Virus record (IMG/VR): IMGVR_UViG_3300037225_000815
Coordinates: 75-64,074 of that record
Reading direction: 5' to 3' (one strand)
Source: a virus
Taxonomy: Duplodnaviria > Caudoviricetes
DNA: 64,000 nt
Positions 10,145 through 20,555 of this stretch are shown piece after piece (the stretch's first letter is position 1; each line of letters starts with the position of its first letter). A program made the translations under genes and the position numbers. Below the pieces are notes generated by a model. That model had not been told where the DNA came from. It ran no database searches and saw only the letters and a program-made list of their open reading frames with translations.

Positions 10145-11455
10145 TTACCCTACTCCGTTCGCGGAGCCGGTGTAAACGTTCGCGCCAGCGCCGGACAGCG
10201 CTGAGTAGCGCGTGAGCGGGTTGAGCTGGATAGCGTTCATGTTCTGGAACACATAGTTCCTGTCCACGACGATATTCTTCGCGATCCTGATGGCCTTGCC
10301 TTGGTTCATGACACCCATGCCGAATGACTCCTTCATGCGGATCATGACCTGTTCCTTCTGGGCGAGGTCGAACTGCTCGACGATCGGATCGTCTTTCCTG
10401 AACACGACTCCGCATTCCCCGGCCTCCGCGAAGACCATGTCGGTGACGTAGTTGTTACCGACTGCCTTGATAGGCACGAAGGGGGAGACGATGATGGTGA
10501 GCGGGGTTGGCCACACGTGTGGTTTGATCTGCATCTGTGCACCCAGCGCCATCATTGTGCGGACGAAAGGATCAGGGAAGAGCTTCCCGGTGGAAGGATC
10601 CATCATCGGGTTACCTTGGCCCTTACCGTATGTCAGTCCGAGGCCGTTCGGGCCTTCGAGGACTTTCATGCGGGTGAACAACCCACCCTGTGGCGGCCTG
10701 AAGGTCACGACAGTGTTGTTGTTCAGGATAATTTCCTTCATCTCCGGGTCGACCATGAACATCTGCCATGCAAAGGGGTGCATGATCAGGGTGTCCAGGT
10801 TGTAGCCGTCGATCATCGCCTGGGTATAGAGCTCCAGGAGATCGTTGAGGGAAAGCGTTCCGTTCTGGACTCCGTCGATTCCGCGGCCAGTAGTTGTCCT
10901 GACCTTGGGGGAAGTCGTCGGAGCTGCGTTGTTGTACTCGATGGTACCGTACTTCTTGACTTCGTCCCAGGCCATCTTCTCCCTGTTGCGCACGAGAGCG
11001 TTCCTGGCCTTCCGGAGCCACATTCCGACCACATCGATAAGATTATCCTCTAGGACATCCTGTGCGATTCGGACTGCGAGACCGTACTTCTGGACTTGTG
11101 CCATGATACGATAGCCCTGGATTCCGAAGGCGAAGTTCGTTTCCGGATATTCGCCGTCTTCACCGACTGGACCGGCAACCAGCTCGCCCGTGGACGTGAA
11201 CTGGAAGGTTCCGCCGCGTGTGACGCCGATTTCCGTGAACAGGGTGTCATAGATGACAGAGTCGGGCTCGATCTCGTCAACCATGATTCTGCTGATGGTT
11301 TCCTGTGTGAGGGGAACGAGGTCGGCATTGCGGAGCACGTCCTTCACATCGTAAGTATGGCTTTCACCATTCTCGTCTGTGAATGAGGAGACGCCTGCCA
11401 TAATGTCGCGGATCGTTCTTTCCATCACCAGTTTATCATTTGCTGTGAAATTCAT
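10145..11455 (-). CDS. Major capsid protein (HK97 fold)
   Basis: VGEDGEYPE...KYGLAVRIAQDVLEDNLIDVV...LIMHPFAW pattern; AGGAGG SD; follows protease and decoration genes. Confidence 0.85.
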   Translation of the reverse strand: MNFTANDKLVMERTIRDIMAGVSSFTDENGESHTYDVKDVLRNADLVPLTQETISRIMVDEIEPDSVIYDTLFTEIGVTRGGTFQFTSTGELVAGPVGEDGEYPETNFAFGIQGYRIMAQVQKYGLAVRIAQDVLEDNLIDVVGMWLRKARNALVRNREKMAWDEVKKYGTIEYNNAAPTTSPKVRTTTGRGIDGVQNGTLSLNDLLELYTQAMIDGYNLDTLIMHPFAWQMFMVDPEMKEIILNNNTVVTFRPPQGGLFTRMKVLEGPNGLGLTYGKGQGNPMMDPSTGKLFPDPFVRTMMALGAQMQIKPHVWPTPLTIIVSPFVPIKAVGNNYVTDMVFAEAGECGVVFRKDDPIVEQFDLAQKEQVMIRMKESFGMGVMNQGKAIRIAKNIVVDRNYVFQNMNAIQLNPLTRYSALSGAGANVYTGSANGVG

Positions 11456-11482
11456 TGGTTTCCTCCTGGGGATTGGTTAGAC

Positions 11483-12685
11483 TTAGCTGACGTGCAGGTT
11501 GAGTCTTGCAACGCCGATGTATCCGCTCTGGACCAGATCCAAGATCTGGGCGTAGGTCGGAGACGCGACTGGGGACACGAGGTTCTTCAGGATCGTGTTG
11601 GCGAGCAGGAAGAGCCTGAAAGGCAGACCGAAAGTGTCGGTTCCGCCGACTCCGGTGTCTTTCACAACCATGATCAGCTCTGTCAGATCCTTGGGGAACT
11701 TGTTATCGACCGCCGTGAGGCGTGCGATATGCTGTGCTGTTGTCGGAGTATTTGGGAACGACGTCATGTCGAGCAAATACTTGCCGGTGATGTCCGACTT
11801 GACCATTCCGCCGATTCCCTGGATAAGGTTGGCGAGAGTGGGGACGAACAGGACGGGCATGCCCAATGCGTTGATGGCATTGTAGCCGGCCTTTGGTGAG
11901 CCACCTGTACTCCAGTTCGAGTTCGAGGGAGTTGCGAGGTTGGAGTCATATTCCTGTACGACGTATGGGACTTCCACGTACCAGTCGGTCACGAACGAGC
12001 GGAACTTCTGCATGGTGTTCGATGTGAAGTTCAGGAACTTGCCCTGATCATCCACATAGATGTCTTCAGTCACAACGCCGATGGGAACGTTGGCTGGACG
12101 GACGAAACGGGAGTTCGTAGTGACGGCATTGCCGAGCACGTCAAGACGTGGTGTTTCGTCGAAATACGCACCGGACGAATCCGCTATGTCGTATGCGTGA
12201 TATGGGTCTGAAACTGTCGTTCCGCCATTGGCAAGAACGGCTGCGAGATTCAGTTTCCCGTATCCTTCGATGGAATCTTCGATCGGGCTCTGCAGTGCCG
12301 AGCCATTATGGCCGATGCCATTGGCTACGTATCCGGCATTCATGCCATTTGCGGTAGCATCGCCAGAGACCGGTACTGGTGCGTACCAACCACTTGTGAG
12401 GCCTGCACTGTTCATCAGAGAGCTCTGGTAGAACAGATTGGACATGATGGGCACGCCTGAGATGATCGAACCGATGGGAATCGCGATCGGGCGCCTCATG
12501 AGGGACTGATCCTTGATCACACGGACCGTAGGAGCAGCCTTATGGGAGATGATCGGATCTGCGGGCCGGTCACCATCTGAAATCTCGAAGCCCCAGCGGA
12601 CCTGCGTTGTGCGCAGAATGTCAGCCATTTGCTTCTGATCGATGTTCAGATATGTGCCGGTACCTGTAAAGTTAAGGTTGTTCAT
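11483..12685 (-). CDS. Head decoration/structural protein (putative)
   Basis: Between protease-scaffold and capsid; AGGAGG SD; PIGVV motif. Confidence 0.55.
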   Translation of the reverse strand: MNNLNFTGTGTYLNIDQKQMADILRTTQVRWGFEISDGDRPADPIISHKAAPTVRVIKDQSLMRRPIAIPIGSIISGVPIMSNLFYQSSLMNSAGLTSGWYAPVPVSGDATANGMNAGYVANGIGHNGSALQSPIEDSIEGYGKLNLAAVLANGGTTVSDPYHAYDIADSSGAYFDETPRLDVLGNAVTTNSRFVRPANVPIGVVTEDIYVDDQGKFLNFTSNTMQKFRSFVTDWYVEVPYVVQEYDSNLATPSNSNWSTGGSPKAGYNAINALGMPVLFVPTLANLIQGIGGMVKSDITGKYLLDMTSFPNTPTTAQHIARLTAVDNKFPKDLTELIMVVKDTGVGGTDTFGLPFRLFLLANTILKNLVSPVASPTYAQILDLVQSGYIGVARLNLHVS

Positions 12686-12713
12686 TGGTTTTCCTCCTGG
12701 ATGGTATGAACGC

Positions 12714-14768
12714 TTACTTGCGTGTTCTGGTGATCAGTTTGAGGACACCAGAAGTGTTTGCATCCGCTGGCGCGGCGGCTGCTGGAGTTGCTGTCGGGTT
12801 GTTGACGTCCCCTGCGGTGGCGGCAGCTGCGGCTTCAGATGCTGCTCCTGCAGGAGCTTGCGCGTCCTTGTTGTCTGCTGCTGGGGCGGCTGCCGGTGCT
12901 GCGGGAGCTGCGGGGACTTTGCCTGTATCGAGCGCGTCCTGCAGTTTCTGATTCACTGGATCCACCTTCGCATTGCTGGCTTCGCCTTCCGCGAAGCTCA
13001 GGATGACTTTCAAGGCACTGATCTCCAGGTCCTTGTACTCATCCTTCATCTTCGAAGTGGCTTTCTCCTTGCCAGCTGCGTCTGTCGCTTCAAGGTATGC
13101 CTTCGCTTTGGAGAGTTTGGCGACGATCGTGGCGTTCACGATCTTATCGATGAGGGTAGCCTTCACGTCCTTCTCGAGTTCGTCGATCCGGGATGTGAGT
13201 GCGGTTTCCTTATCTTTGTGTTCCGCTTCCATCTTTCCAACGAGCGTTGTGACAATGCTTGAACCGAGCAGTTCATCTTTCGTTTGAAATGTGAACATGT
13301 GTTCGGCCTCCATTGTAGATTGTGGTATACTTCCTTTGACTACGGGCTGAGCGACTGGCTCGGCTTCGTCCTTGCTGTCGCATCCCATGCGTTTAGCCTT
13401 TCCGTTCACGCAAGCCAGTATCGATGACTTGGTAGCGGAGGAGTAATTGGCCCTTCCGATCAGGCGGCGAGCCGCCGTGACATGGGCGCAATCGGGTACT
13501 GGGAACGACCTGCCCGGACCACAGAACGTGGACTCAGGGAGGCTCTTGCGTTTCTTTGTGGAAAGCGTAGCATCCTCTAGTTCGTCCAGCTTGTCAGTGA
13601 TAAGGGTTAGGAGAGCCTTCGGATCCTTGAATTCGGCGTCCTTGATGGACGCAAAGTCAAAGATAGGAATGTTCCCGAGTTCATCGATGATCGACTCGGG
13701 ATCCGGCATCAGCCCTGCCTTGATCACTGATTCAAGGATGGAAAGGGTTGCATAGTCGCGCAGAAGCTTGTCGATGCATCCACAGTCCTGTCCTGGTTTG
13801 GTTCCGTCATTTCCGGAAGCTTGACCCTGGTCAGCATTGTCGGGCTTCTCCGCATTATCACCAGTCCCTGAATTGGCAATCTTGCAGAAGTCACCTACAC
13901 ACTGCGTACCATCGGTCATGAAATCCTTCAATTCTATGTTCTCCCCTCTCAGGTTGATCACAGAGGTGGCTGCCGGGTTGGAGCCGTCACCAATGTAGAA
14001 GCTGTAGAGGGAATTCATCTCCATGAGTGGGGAGCCGTTACTGAAGTCCATAGGCTCCCACGTCGCTTCCGCATCGCTGTTGTTGATCATGATGTGCGCC
14101 TTGTTGACTGCGTCATCATCCGCGGGATGCGTTACGAACGAATATTCCTTGTAGATCTGCCGGCCTACCCTGTAGTAGCAGGCTTCCTTCCCGTTCTCAG
14201 TATCATAGATCTGCCCGCGCTGGTGCCGGCATTCCTCGTCGAGAACCGGGTTCTTGCCGCAGATGGAGCACTTGATGTCTTCCGGAATTCCCCTGGCCCT
14301 GATCGATGTCGTGAGATAGGTCTGGTCGATGATCTTCTGGATGGCTTCAGGATCAGTGATTCCCGAGTAGACGGTGATGTGTCCCTTGGGTTTCTTGAGG
14401 TTATCCCTCTCCTTGGCGTCCTTCATCTGGTACCTTACAGGCACGGCTTTGTGTACCCGGCCGATGACATCCTTAACATCATCGCTATGGTTCACGGTTA
14501 CCGCTTTGGGGTAGGGGCTAGTGAACGTCTTGGCATTCGCTTCCAGGTACTCCGGCATGTAGAAAGCGTGGTTGGAGTTGATAAATCCATAGTGGGTGGA
14601 GTCGACAGCGTTAACCAGGACGGGCTTCTTGAACTGCTGTTTCAGCTGTTCCCCTAGCTGCTTAAGAAACGGTTCATCCTGTGAAGCGTCAAACACCTCG
14701 ATCTTGCCAGCCTTGCTGACATAGACGCTGCGTGAGCGATCCATCACGATCGTTTCCTGAATCTTCAT
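12714..14768 (-). CDS. Prohead protease-scaffold fusion with inserted DUF6582-like domain
   Basis: VNH..D..DVIGRV, YLTTSI, CSICG...C.H and EYSFVTHPAD protease motifs; coiled-coil plus Ala/Pro-rich C-terminus. Confidence 0.8.
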   Translation of the reverse strand: MKIQETIVMDRSRSVYVSKAGKIEVFDASQDEPFLKQLGEQLKQQFKKPVLVNAVDSTHYGFINSNHAFYMPEYLEANAKTFTSPYPKAVTVNHSDDVKDVIGRVHKAVPVRYQMKDAKERDNLKKPKGHITVYSGITDPEAIQKIIDQTYLTTSIRARGIPEDIKCSICGKNPVLDEECRHQRGQIYDTENGKEACYYRVGRQIYKEYSFVTHPADDDAVNKAHIMINNSDAEATWEPMDFSNGSPLMEMNSLYSFYIGDGSNPAATSVINLRGENIELKDFMTDGTQCVGDFCKIANSGTGDNAEKPDNADQGQASGNDGTKPGQDCGCIDKLLRDYATLSILESVIKAGLMPDPESIIDELGNIPIFDFASIKDAEFKDPKALLTLITDKLDELEDATLSTKKRKSLPESTFCGPGRSFPVPDCAHVTAARRLIGRANYSSATKSSILACVNGKAKRMGCDSKDEAEPVAQPVVKGSIPQSTMEAEHMFTFQTKDELLGSSIVTTLVGKMEAEHKDKETALTSRIDELEKDVKATLIDKIVNATIVAKLSKAKAYLEATDAAGKEKATSKMKDEYKDLEISALKVILSFAEGEASNAKVDPVNQKLQDALDTGKVPAAPAAPAAAPAADNKDAQAPAGAASEAAAAATAGDVNNPTATPAAAAPADANTSGVLKLITRTRK

Positions 14769-14793
14769 AGAGATCCTCCAACTAGCTAGTAAT

Positions 14794-14822
14794 ATTGTAG
14801 TCTTGTCGCATATTCACGTCAA
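14794..14822 (-). promoter_or_regulatory. sigma70-like promoter for the head operon
   Basis: TTGACG-17 nt-TACAAT upstream of the 14768 start. Confidence 0.7.
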
Positions 14823-14824
14823 GA

Positions 14825-16459
14825 TTAGCTATTCTTAGTCCTTCCGGGTCCGCTCTTCGTCCCGTGCTGGTTCGACGATTGGATGGCCGACTTCGAGGAA
14901 TTGGCGGCAGCCTGCATCTTTGCCTGGATCTCCGCATGTTTGGCCCTGGCCTGGATCATCGGGAACGTATCATCCTCGTCCTCTCCCATATCATCATAAC
15001 CAAGTTCAGACCGAGCTTCAGCGCGCTTGATCACTCCCTGGCTGAACTGGTTGAGTACGTGGTTCTCGTGCTTGATCTTGTTGTCAAGGTCGACCTCATA
15101 GAACTCTATGGAAGGAAGGTTCTCATCCCTGAGTATCCAGTCTATTGGTGCCCCGCCTTCCTGGAGAAGCTCTATGAGTAGCTTCTGCATCTCTGCACCG
15201 ATGACCGCCTGGATCTCGATAGTCTTGTCCTGTTTCACCTTGTCAATGATATCTGCAGTCGCCCTGGGAGCGCCGTCCTGACCCGTGGTAACCGTGCTGA
15301 GCCAAAGCTCGGTGAAGAGCCTGGACTTGAAGTATTGGAGGTATGCCTCGGCCCGGAGGGCTTGGCCCTCAGCTCCTATGACCTTGACGATCTGGCGGTT
15401 GTCCGTAATCAGGAACCCATTGGATTCCATACCCTGGAGCTTGGCCACAGTGTCATTGATCTCTTCCTGGGTTCCCTTCAGCTTGTCCGATCCGATTGCG
15501 ATATGATAGAGGGGATGTCCGTACTGGAACATAAGAAGCTCTATGTTCTCTTCTATTAGCCTCAGTGTCTCAATGTCCTGCAGGGCCGGGTGGAAAGGAG
15601 GCATGGCCCACTTCTCACCGACCGCGGCATGGTACCTGATGTGGAGCATATCATGCTCACGGATAGTCACCTGCTCCTCGCCATTGAAGGAGGAGTATGC
15701 GCGGCCATACATCCTCAAGAGGTTGAATGTGCCGCTGTTGGATCCATATGGAATGTCGCGTTCGAAGTATGAGTTACCCAGGTTCCAGGTATTCAAAGGC
15801 CGCAGACCGCGGCCGAAGTATGGCATCCTGACATAGCTGAAGTTCCTGTCGTTCGGTGCCTTCTCTATCCTGATCCTGCGACAATCCTCGGGGTAGATGG
15901 CAGCTATCGGCTTCATAGTCTTCCCGTCCATCCTGTCATAGACCTTTCCGGAAGACTGGTCCTCAGACCTGAATTTGGCCAGGAAGATGTTACCGTATAG
16001 GAGGAGGCTGAAGAACATGGACCTGAAGAGCTCGAGATTGGTTATGCCGCTCATGAGCTCGAATTCCTTGAAGCGCTTGGTCAGATACTTGGTGACGATA
16101 TCGTTCTTGGATTTGAGGATGTATCCATTCCTCATTGCACTGTCAGTATAGCTGTCAACGGAGTATTTGAGGTATCCCTCCGAGGTATAGGCATGGTACA
16201 TGTCGAGCATGTTCCAGGTGTTGGCATAGATTCCGTTGAAGCTTATGAGCCTCTTGTTCATGGAAAGGTTCTTGGGATTGGCCAGCTTGACGGCCGACAG
16301 CTTTCCGCTGTCATCCTTGGCGTCCCGCACGACTATGGCGTTGCCTCTGCTTATATCGTTTATCCGCCTGACAACAAGCTTATCCATCCGGTTAAGGGTG
16401 CGTTCCGCCTGCCAGTTGCGGATACCGTCGCCTATTGCTTGGAAGATAGTCTTGTTCAT
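14825..16459 (-). CDS. Portal protein
   Basis: LLLYGNIFL, MLHIRY and GVIKRAEARSELGY portal-like motifs; lies between terminase and protease. Confidence 0.85.
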   Translation of the reverse strand: MNKTIFQAIGDGIRNWQAERTLNRMDKLVVRRINDISRGNAIVVRDAKDDSGKLSAVKLANPKNLSMNKRLISFNGIYANTWNMLDMYHAYTSEGYLKYSVDSYTDSAMRNGYILKSKNDIVTKYLTKRFKEFELMSGITNLELFRSMFFSLLLYGNIFLAKFRSEDQSSGKVYDRMDGKTMKPIAAIYPEDCRRIRIEKAPNDRNFSYVRMPYFGRGLRPLNTWNLGNSYFERDIPYGSNSGTFNLLRMYGRAYSSFNGEEQVTIREHDMLHIRYHAAVGEKWAMPPFHPALQDIETLRLIEENIELLMFQYGHPLYHIAIGSDKLKGTQEEINDTVAKLQGMESNGFLITDNRQIVKVIGAEGQALRAEAYLQYFKSRLFTELWLSTVTTGQDGAPRATADIIDKVKQDKTIEIQAVIGAEMQKLLIELLQEGGAPIDWILRDENLPSIEFYEVDLDNKIKHENHVLNQFSQGVIKRAEARSELGYDDMGEDEDDTFPMIQARAKHAEIQAKMQAAANSSKSAIQSSNQHGTKSGPGRTKNS

Positions 16460-16476
16460 GCAACATCCTTACGCAT

Positions 16477-16506
16477 ATTATATGTATAGTCCATATTATG
16501 CGTCAA
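16477..16506 (-). promoter_or_regulatory. sigma70-like promoter for portal
   Basis: TTGACG-18 nt-TATAAT upstream of the 16459 start. Confidence 0.65.
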
Positions 16507-18797
16507 CCAAGTACGTCCTTCTTGATACCGCCGACTATGGGGGTCATTTCCCTGATCAGGTCGCTGACATCCCTGGCGCAGTTGCCCATAGGGTTATTGA
16601 TAGCTGGGGACTCGAAAGACGTTGTCGGAGCGTCATTCTTGCCCTTATATGGGTTGTACATCCTATTGGTAGAAACGTTGAATTCCATGCCCCCATGCTT
16701 GGATTTCCGGAACATCTGGGTACAGATATAGTCAGGTTCGGGCCCAAGCTGGACGGTGGGGTCATATACAGGGGTTGTCAGAAGCTTGACGGTATCCGGA
16801 GGAATAGGGTTCCCAGTGGAGTCCGTGGGTGGCTTGGTACCAGGCGCCCCCGGAGGTATGCCCAGGTCATTCATGATGGAATCCACAGCCTTGGATGCAT
16901 CATCCGCGCTAGCCAGGGTGGACAGTCCGCAAACGTTCCGGAGCCGCACATCAGCCTTCAGGACTATCTCCAATAGCTTGCTGAACAGAGACACGTTCTT
17001 GTAGTTCATCTTGATGTCATACATGGCCTCGAAGGCTATGGCCTTCTGGTTGTTCTTGCGCCACTGGTTGGCGAGCATGTCGAACATCTTCAGCTTCAGC
17101 TCCTTGATCCCACAGAGGACCATCTGGAACATCTTGTCCACTGGTTCACAAAGCGTGATAGCTTCCTGGATGGTGGGAGATTTCAGGTAGAGACTGACGA
17201 CATATTTCTCTAGGTATGACATTACAGTGGAGAACAGCATGCTAAGGCTCTCCACCCCGGCGTCAATCAGGTCCCCAATCAGGTTGGAGACGCACATATT
17301 GAACCAGTCTGATATATTGGTGACCTTGAGTGAAATGGATGTATCTCCCAGGAGCCGGCCAAGGACGGCATCGAATAGGGCGGCAAAGACCTGTATCTCC
17401 TGCATAGCATCAGGTCCTAGTATGTCATTCAACTTAGTGTCGGCGGTGTATCCTATTCCCTTCTCCATGTAATCCTGGATCTTCTGTTTGGTGGCGGGAT
17501 CGAGCTTGTCATTCTCGACGACAAGCAGGGTATATAACAATCTGAGAGCGCAGCATATGAAGCTCTTCAGGCTGAAAGACCCGCCTGGAGTGTTGATGTT
17601 CATGTCAGTGAAACTGCTTAAGGAAACGTCGAACGACTGGAGTGCGTTGTTGATATTGAGGACCATATCGTACAGCGGCTTCTCTATCACCCCAGCCGGA
17701 TCTTGGGCGACCGTATCGGATACCTTGTGTTCCATCCTGGTGAGGTTGTTACTATACTCTGTTGCTCCCGCGGCGATCCTGTCGCCGACCGTCATCTCGA
17801 TAAATCCCCCGGTTCCTGGAGCGTTGGAATTGTCCGTCTTTGTCTGGCCTATACCCGTGAACGTTCCCCTGTCATTGAGCACATCCTTGATACTGTTGAA
17901 TCCCGGTTGCTGTGTCTCCTGGGCCAGTATCTTTGCAACCATCTGCTGCGCCTGAGCCTGGTCAGCTGGGGACATTCCTGCCAAAGCTTCCGGAGTACAG
18001 TCCTGGGGCTGTTGGTATGCCGCATCGCTGAAATCGAAGAATGCAGATTCGGGTACCTTCTGTCCGGCAAGCGCCTGTTTGAACACGTTGGCCTTCATCT
18101 CATCCTCAAGAATGAACACGTCCCGGCAGGGATAGATACCGAAGAGCTTCCCGAATGCGTTGTTGAAATCGTCCTGCAAGTGGGTGAGTCCCTTGGTGAA
18201 GCTGTCTACTGCTCCGAATATTGCGCATATGGGTTTGAATATCAGGGTGATGACGAACTTAAGGACTATCCGGAGAAGCAGCTTAAGGAGCATCAGTCCG
18301 AAGTCGATCATGAAAGATGACTGCAACTGATCAGCTTTGTCGGCAACCTTCTTGGCCAGATCATCCTCTTCCTGGACTCTAGCAAGGTCCGTAGCCGACT
18401 GGGGCTGGGATGGTGGCTTCTGGTAAGTTGCCTTCTGGAGGAAACACTGGAACTGTTCTGGAGTGATAGTCTGACCATCAACTACGATCGGAGCGGTAGG
18501 TGCGAATGCCTGTGCCATAGCTGTAGCTCTGGCAGCAACCTGGTCAGCCATGGTCCGGGACGCCCTCAATATGTCCAGGAACGATGCTACAGGTATAGTG
18601 GTATTGTCCCTGAACGAAGTCAGGAACTTGGTGTTCTTCTGGAAATCAGTCTCCTCTGTGGGAGCAATGGTTCCAAGTTGTAATGCCAACCGGGACTGTT
18701 CCTGGTCCTGTTGGTTCTGCTTGACGTTCTGTAGTGCACCGTTGTCCACTGCAGTTATGAATTCCACCAGTTCCGGGTGTCTGAGATCAGCGGCCAT
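16503..18797 (-). CDS. Large helical hypothetical virion protein
   Basis: Likely start MAADLRHP after AGGAG; long ORF between terminase and portal. Confidence 0.55.
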   Translation of the reverse strand: MAADLRHPELVEFITAVDNGALQNVKQNQQDQEQSRLALQLGTIAPTEETDFQKNTKFLTSFRDNTTIPVASFLDILRASRTMADQVAARATAMAQAFAPTAPIVVDGQTITPEQFQCFLQKATYQKPPSQPQSATDLARVQEEDDLAKKVADKADQLQSSFMIDFGLMLLKLLLRIVLKFVITLIFKPICAIFGAVDSFTKGLTHLQDDFNNAFGKLFGIYPCRDVFILEDEMKANVFKQALAGQKVPESAFFDFSDAAYQQPQDCTPEALAGMSPADQAQAQQMVAKILAQETQQPGFNSIKDVLNDRGTFTGIGQTKTDNSNAPGTGGFIEMTVGDRIAAGATEYSNNLTRMEHKVSDTVAQDPAGVIEKPLYDMVLNINNALQSFDVSLSSFTDMNINTPGGSFSLKSFICCALRLLYTLLVVENDKLDPATKQKIQDYMEKGIGYTADTKLNDILGPDAMQEIQVFAALFDAVLGRLLGDTSISLKVTNISDWFNMCVSNLIGDLIDAGVESLSMLFSTVMSYLEKYVVSLYLKSPTIQEAITLCEPVDKMFQMVLCGIKELKLKMFDMLANQWRKNNQKAIAFEAMYDIKMNYKNVSLFSKLLEIVLKADVRLRNVCGLSTLASADDASKAVDSIMNDLGIPPGAPGTKPPTDSTGNPIPPDTVKLLTTPVYDPTVQLGPEPDYICTQMFRKSKHGGMEFNVSTNRMYNPYKGKNDAPTTSFESPAINNPMGNCARDVSDLIREMTPIVGGIKKDVLG

Positions 18798-20544
18798 ATC
18801 TTCCTCTCCTTGATCTAATGCTCTCGAAATTGAGCGATCGTGATACAACATTCATCCGCTTCACCGGCGAGTTGGACAATAATGCGCTTATGCTCCTGGT
18901 CGGAACGGGATTCCTCGGCTGTACTGATGTTGCCAGATCCCTTGCCCGTTGTATCACTTCATGGCTGACGGTGACCGCTGTGGTATTTGGAAGCAGGTCA
19001 AACAGGTTATTGAGATGCAAGATCTCCGTCACATATGCATATATGGCGAACATGAGAGCGTCCAGATCATGGTCGCTCTTGCATGCATATATCTCCCTGC
19101 CACTGGCATTGATCTTCTCGACATAATAGTTCCTCATCTGGTCACCCATACTGAGGTCATTAGTATCGATCTGCTTCTTGTCATTGCTCATAAACTCTTC
19201 CATGGGAAGTGTAAGTATGCCCTGTTCGACGGTCCTGACTGCCGACTTGACCACGAAGCTCTTCACGTAGGTCTGCCTTTCCTCCATGGTTAGTGGGTCC
19301 AGGATGGTTATCATACCTCCTGTTTCCACCGGGACAATCTTCTTCCCGATAGGGTCCATCGGGTTCCGGACAGTCAATAGCCTTAGTTCCTCTATCTGCA
19401 TGTCGCCATGGCCGACATCGACAGCGATATGACTAGGGTTGAACCACCTGTCCAGGTCCCGGATCTTGGCGATTGCCTCATGCTGGGCGAACTCCGATTT
19501 GGGAATCCTCTCCTTATGGACTATGCATATCTTGTTCGTCTCATCTACCGTGATAGCAACTATCCTGGTACCTTTGGTGTTGTTCCAGTCCACTCCTACC
19601 AGACGGTACTTGGCCCCGGCCATGAGCGTAGCCTGGTCCTGGTATGAGTAATTCCGCATCTGCTGTCCTTCCTTGATTATCTTGGAATGGACCTTCTCTA
19701 TCATGTCGATGTCCGATGTCCTGAAGACACCAGCTTCGTTGCTTCCCCATTCTGCCAGGTATTCGTGCTCCCTGGATGAACGGTCCAACCTCATGATCCT
19801 GGCTTCCATCTCCTCGTTCAATGAAGGATTGACCTTGTAGGTATAATGATAGGTATTGTACCGTCCCGAATACCATTCCTTGTAGAATGGCCCTACCCGT
19901 CCAGTAGGCGTGGAGCTCATCCAAATGCTGGGAAACTTATAGGACGAGATGACCGGCATGACATCGTCGGTCATTGTAACATCGTCAATGTAGTCGGCCT
20001 CGTCTATGAACAGGTCGGATGCGGACTGACCTCGTATGGAGGAACCACCGGCTATGGCTGTTGCCTTGGCCGCAGTATATCCCTCAATAATGGATCCATT
20101 GGTGAAGATTGCCGCCATAGGATGCGTGGAGGTGATCTTGACCTTCATCCTCCTGACTGTGATATCGGCGTTGGCTATAAGTGTCTTGATCTTGCCGAAG
20201 ATATTCTTGACCTGTGATTCCCTTGGAGTTGTTACTATGATCTTCGATCCCGGGACGCAGATTGCTTTCCAGATGGCCATTGCCGCCAGTAGCAATGTCT
20301 TGCCTATCTGACGGCTCATCCTGAGTATCTTGAAGCGGGAATGGTCATCAGTGATCTCGAGCTGGTAATCCCTGACCTTGAACGGCATGGTTGGGTTATT
20401 GGGATCCTTCAGGTTGGCCTCTATCCATACAGATGGATATGATGCGTATGTTGCCTGTAGGTATACACTATCAGGAACCTGGCCGTGTATCTCATCCAGC
20501 TCCTCTACTGTGAGCTGCTGTATTTCTTCTTGCCCTGCTAGCAT
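18787..20544 (-). CDS. terL: Terminase large subunit
   Basis: Q motif RDYQ, Walker A SRQIGKT, Walker B LFIDEAD, STP coupling motif, RNase H acidic motifs VGVDWN / AVDVGHG / DHDLDA. Confidence 0.92.
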   Translation of the reverse strand: MLAGQEEIQQLTVEELDEIHGQVPDSVYLQATYASYPSVWIEANLKDPNNPTMPFKVRDYQLEITDDHSRFKILRMSRQIGKTLLLAAMAIWKAICVPGSKIIVTTPRESQVKNIFGKIKTLIANADITVRRMKVKITSTHPMAAIFTNGSIIEGYTAAKATAIAGGSSIRGQSASDLFIDEADYIDDVTMTDDVMPVISSYKFPSIWMSSTPTGRVGPFYKEWYSGRYNTYHYTYKVNPSLNEEMEARIMRLDRSSREHEYLAEWGSNEAGVFRTSDIDMIEKVHSKIIKEGQQMRNYSYQDQATLMAGAKYRLVGVDWNNTKGTRIVAITVDETNKICIVHKERIPKSEFAQHEAIAKIRDLDRWFNPSHIAVDVGHGDMQIEELRLLTVRNPMDPIGKKIVPVETGGMITILDPLTMEERQTYVKSFVVKSAVRTVEQGILTLPMEEFMSNDKKQIDTNDLSMGDQMRNYYVEKINASGREIYACKSDHDLDALMFAIYAYVTEILHLNNLFDLLPNTTAVTVSHEVIQRARDLATSVQPRNPVPTRSISALLSNSPVKRMNVVSRSLNFESIRSRRGRYGR

Positions 20545-20555
20545 CTTGTCTCCAT

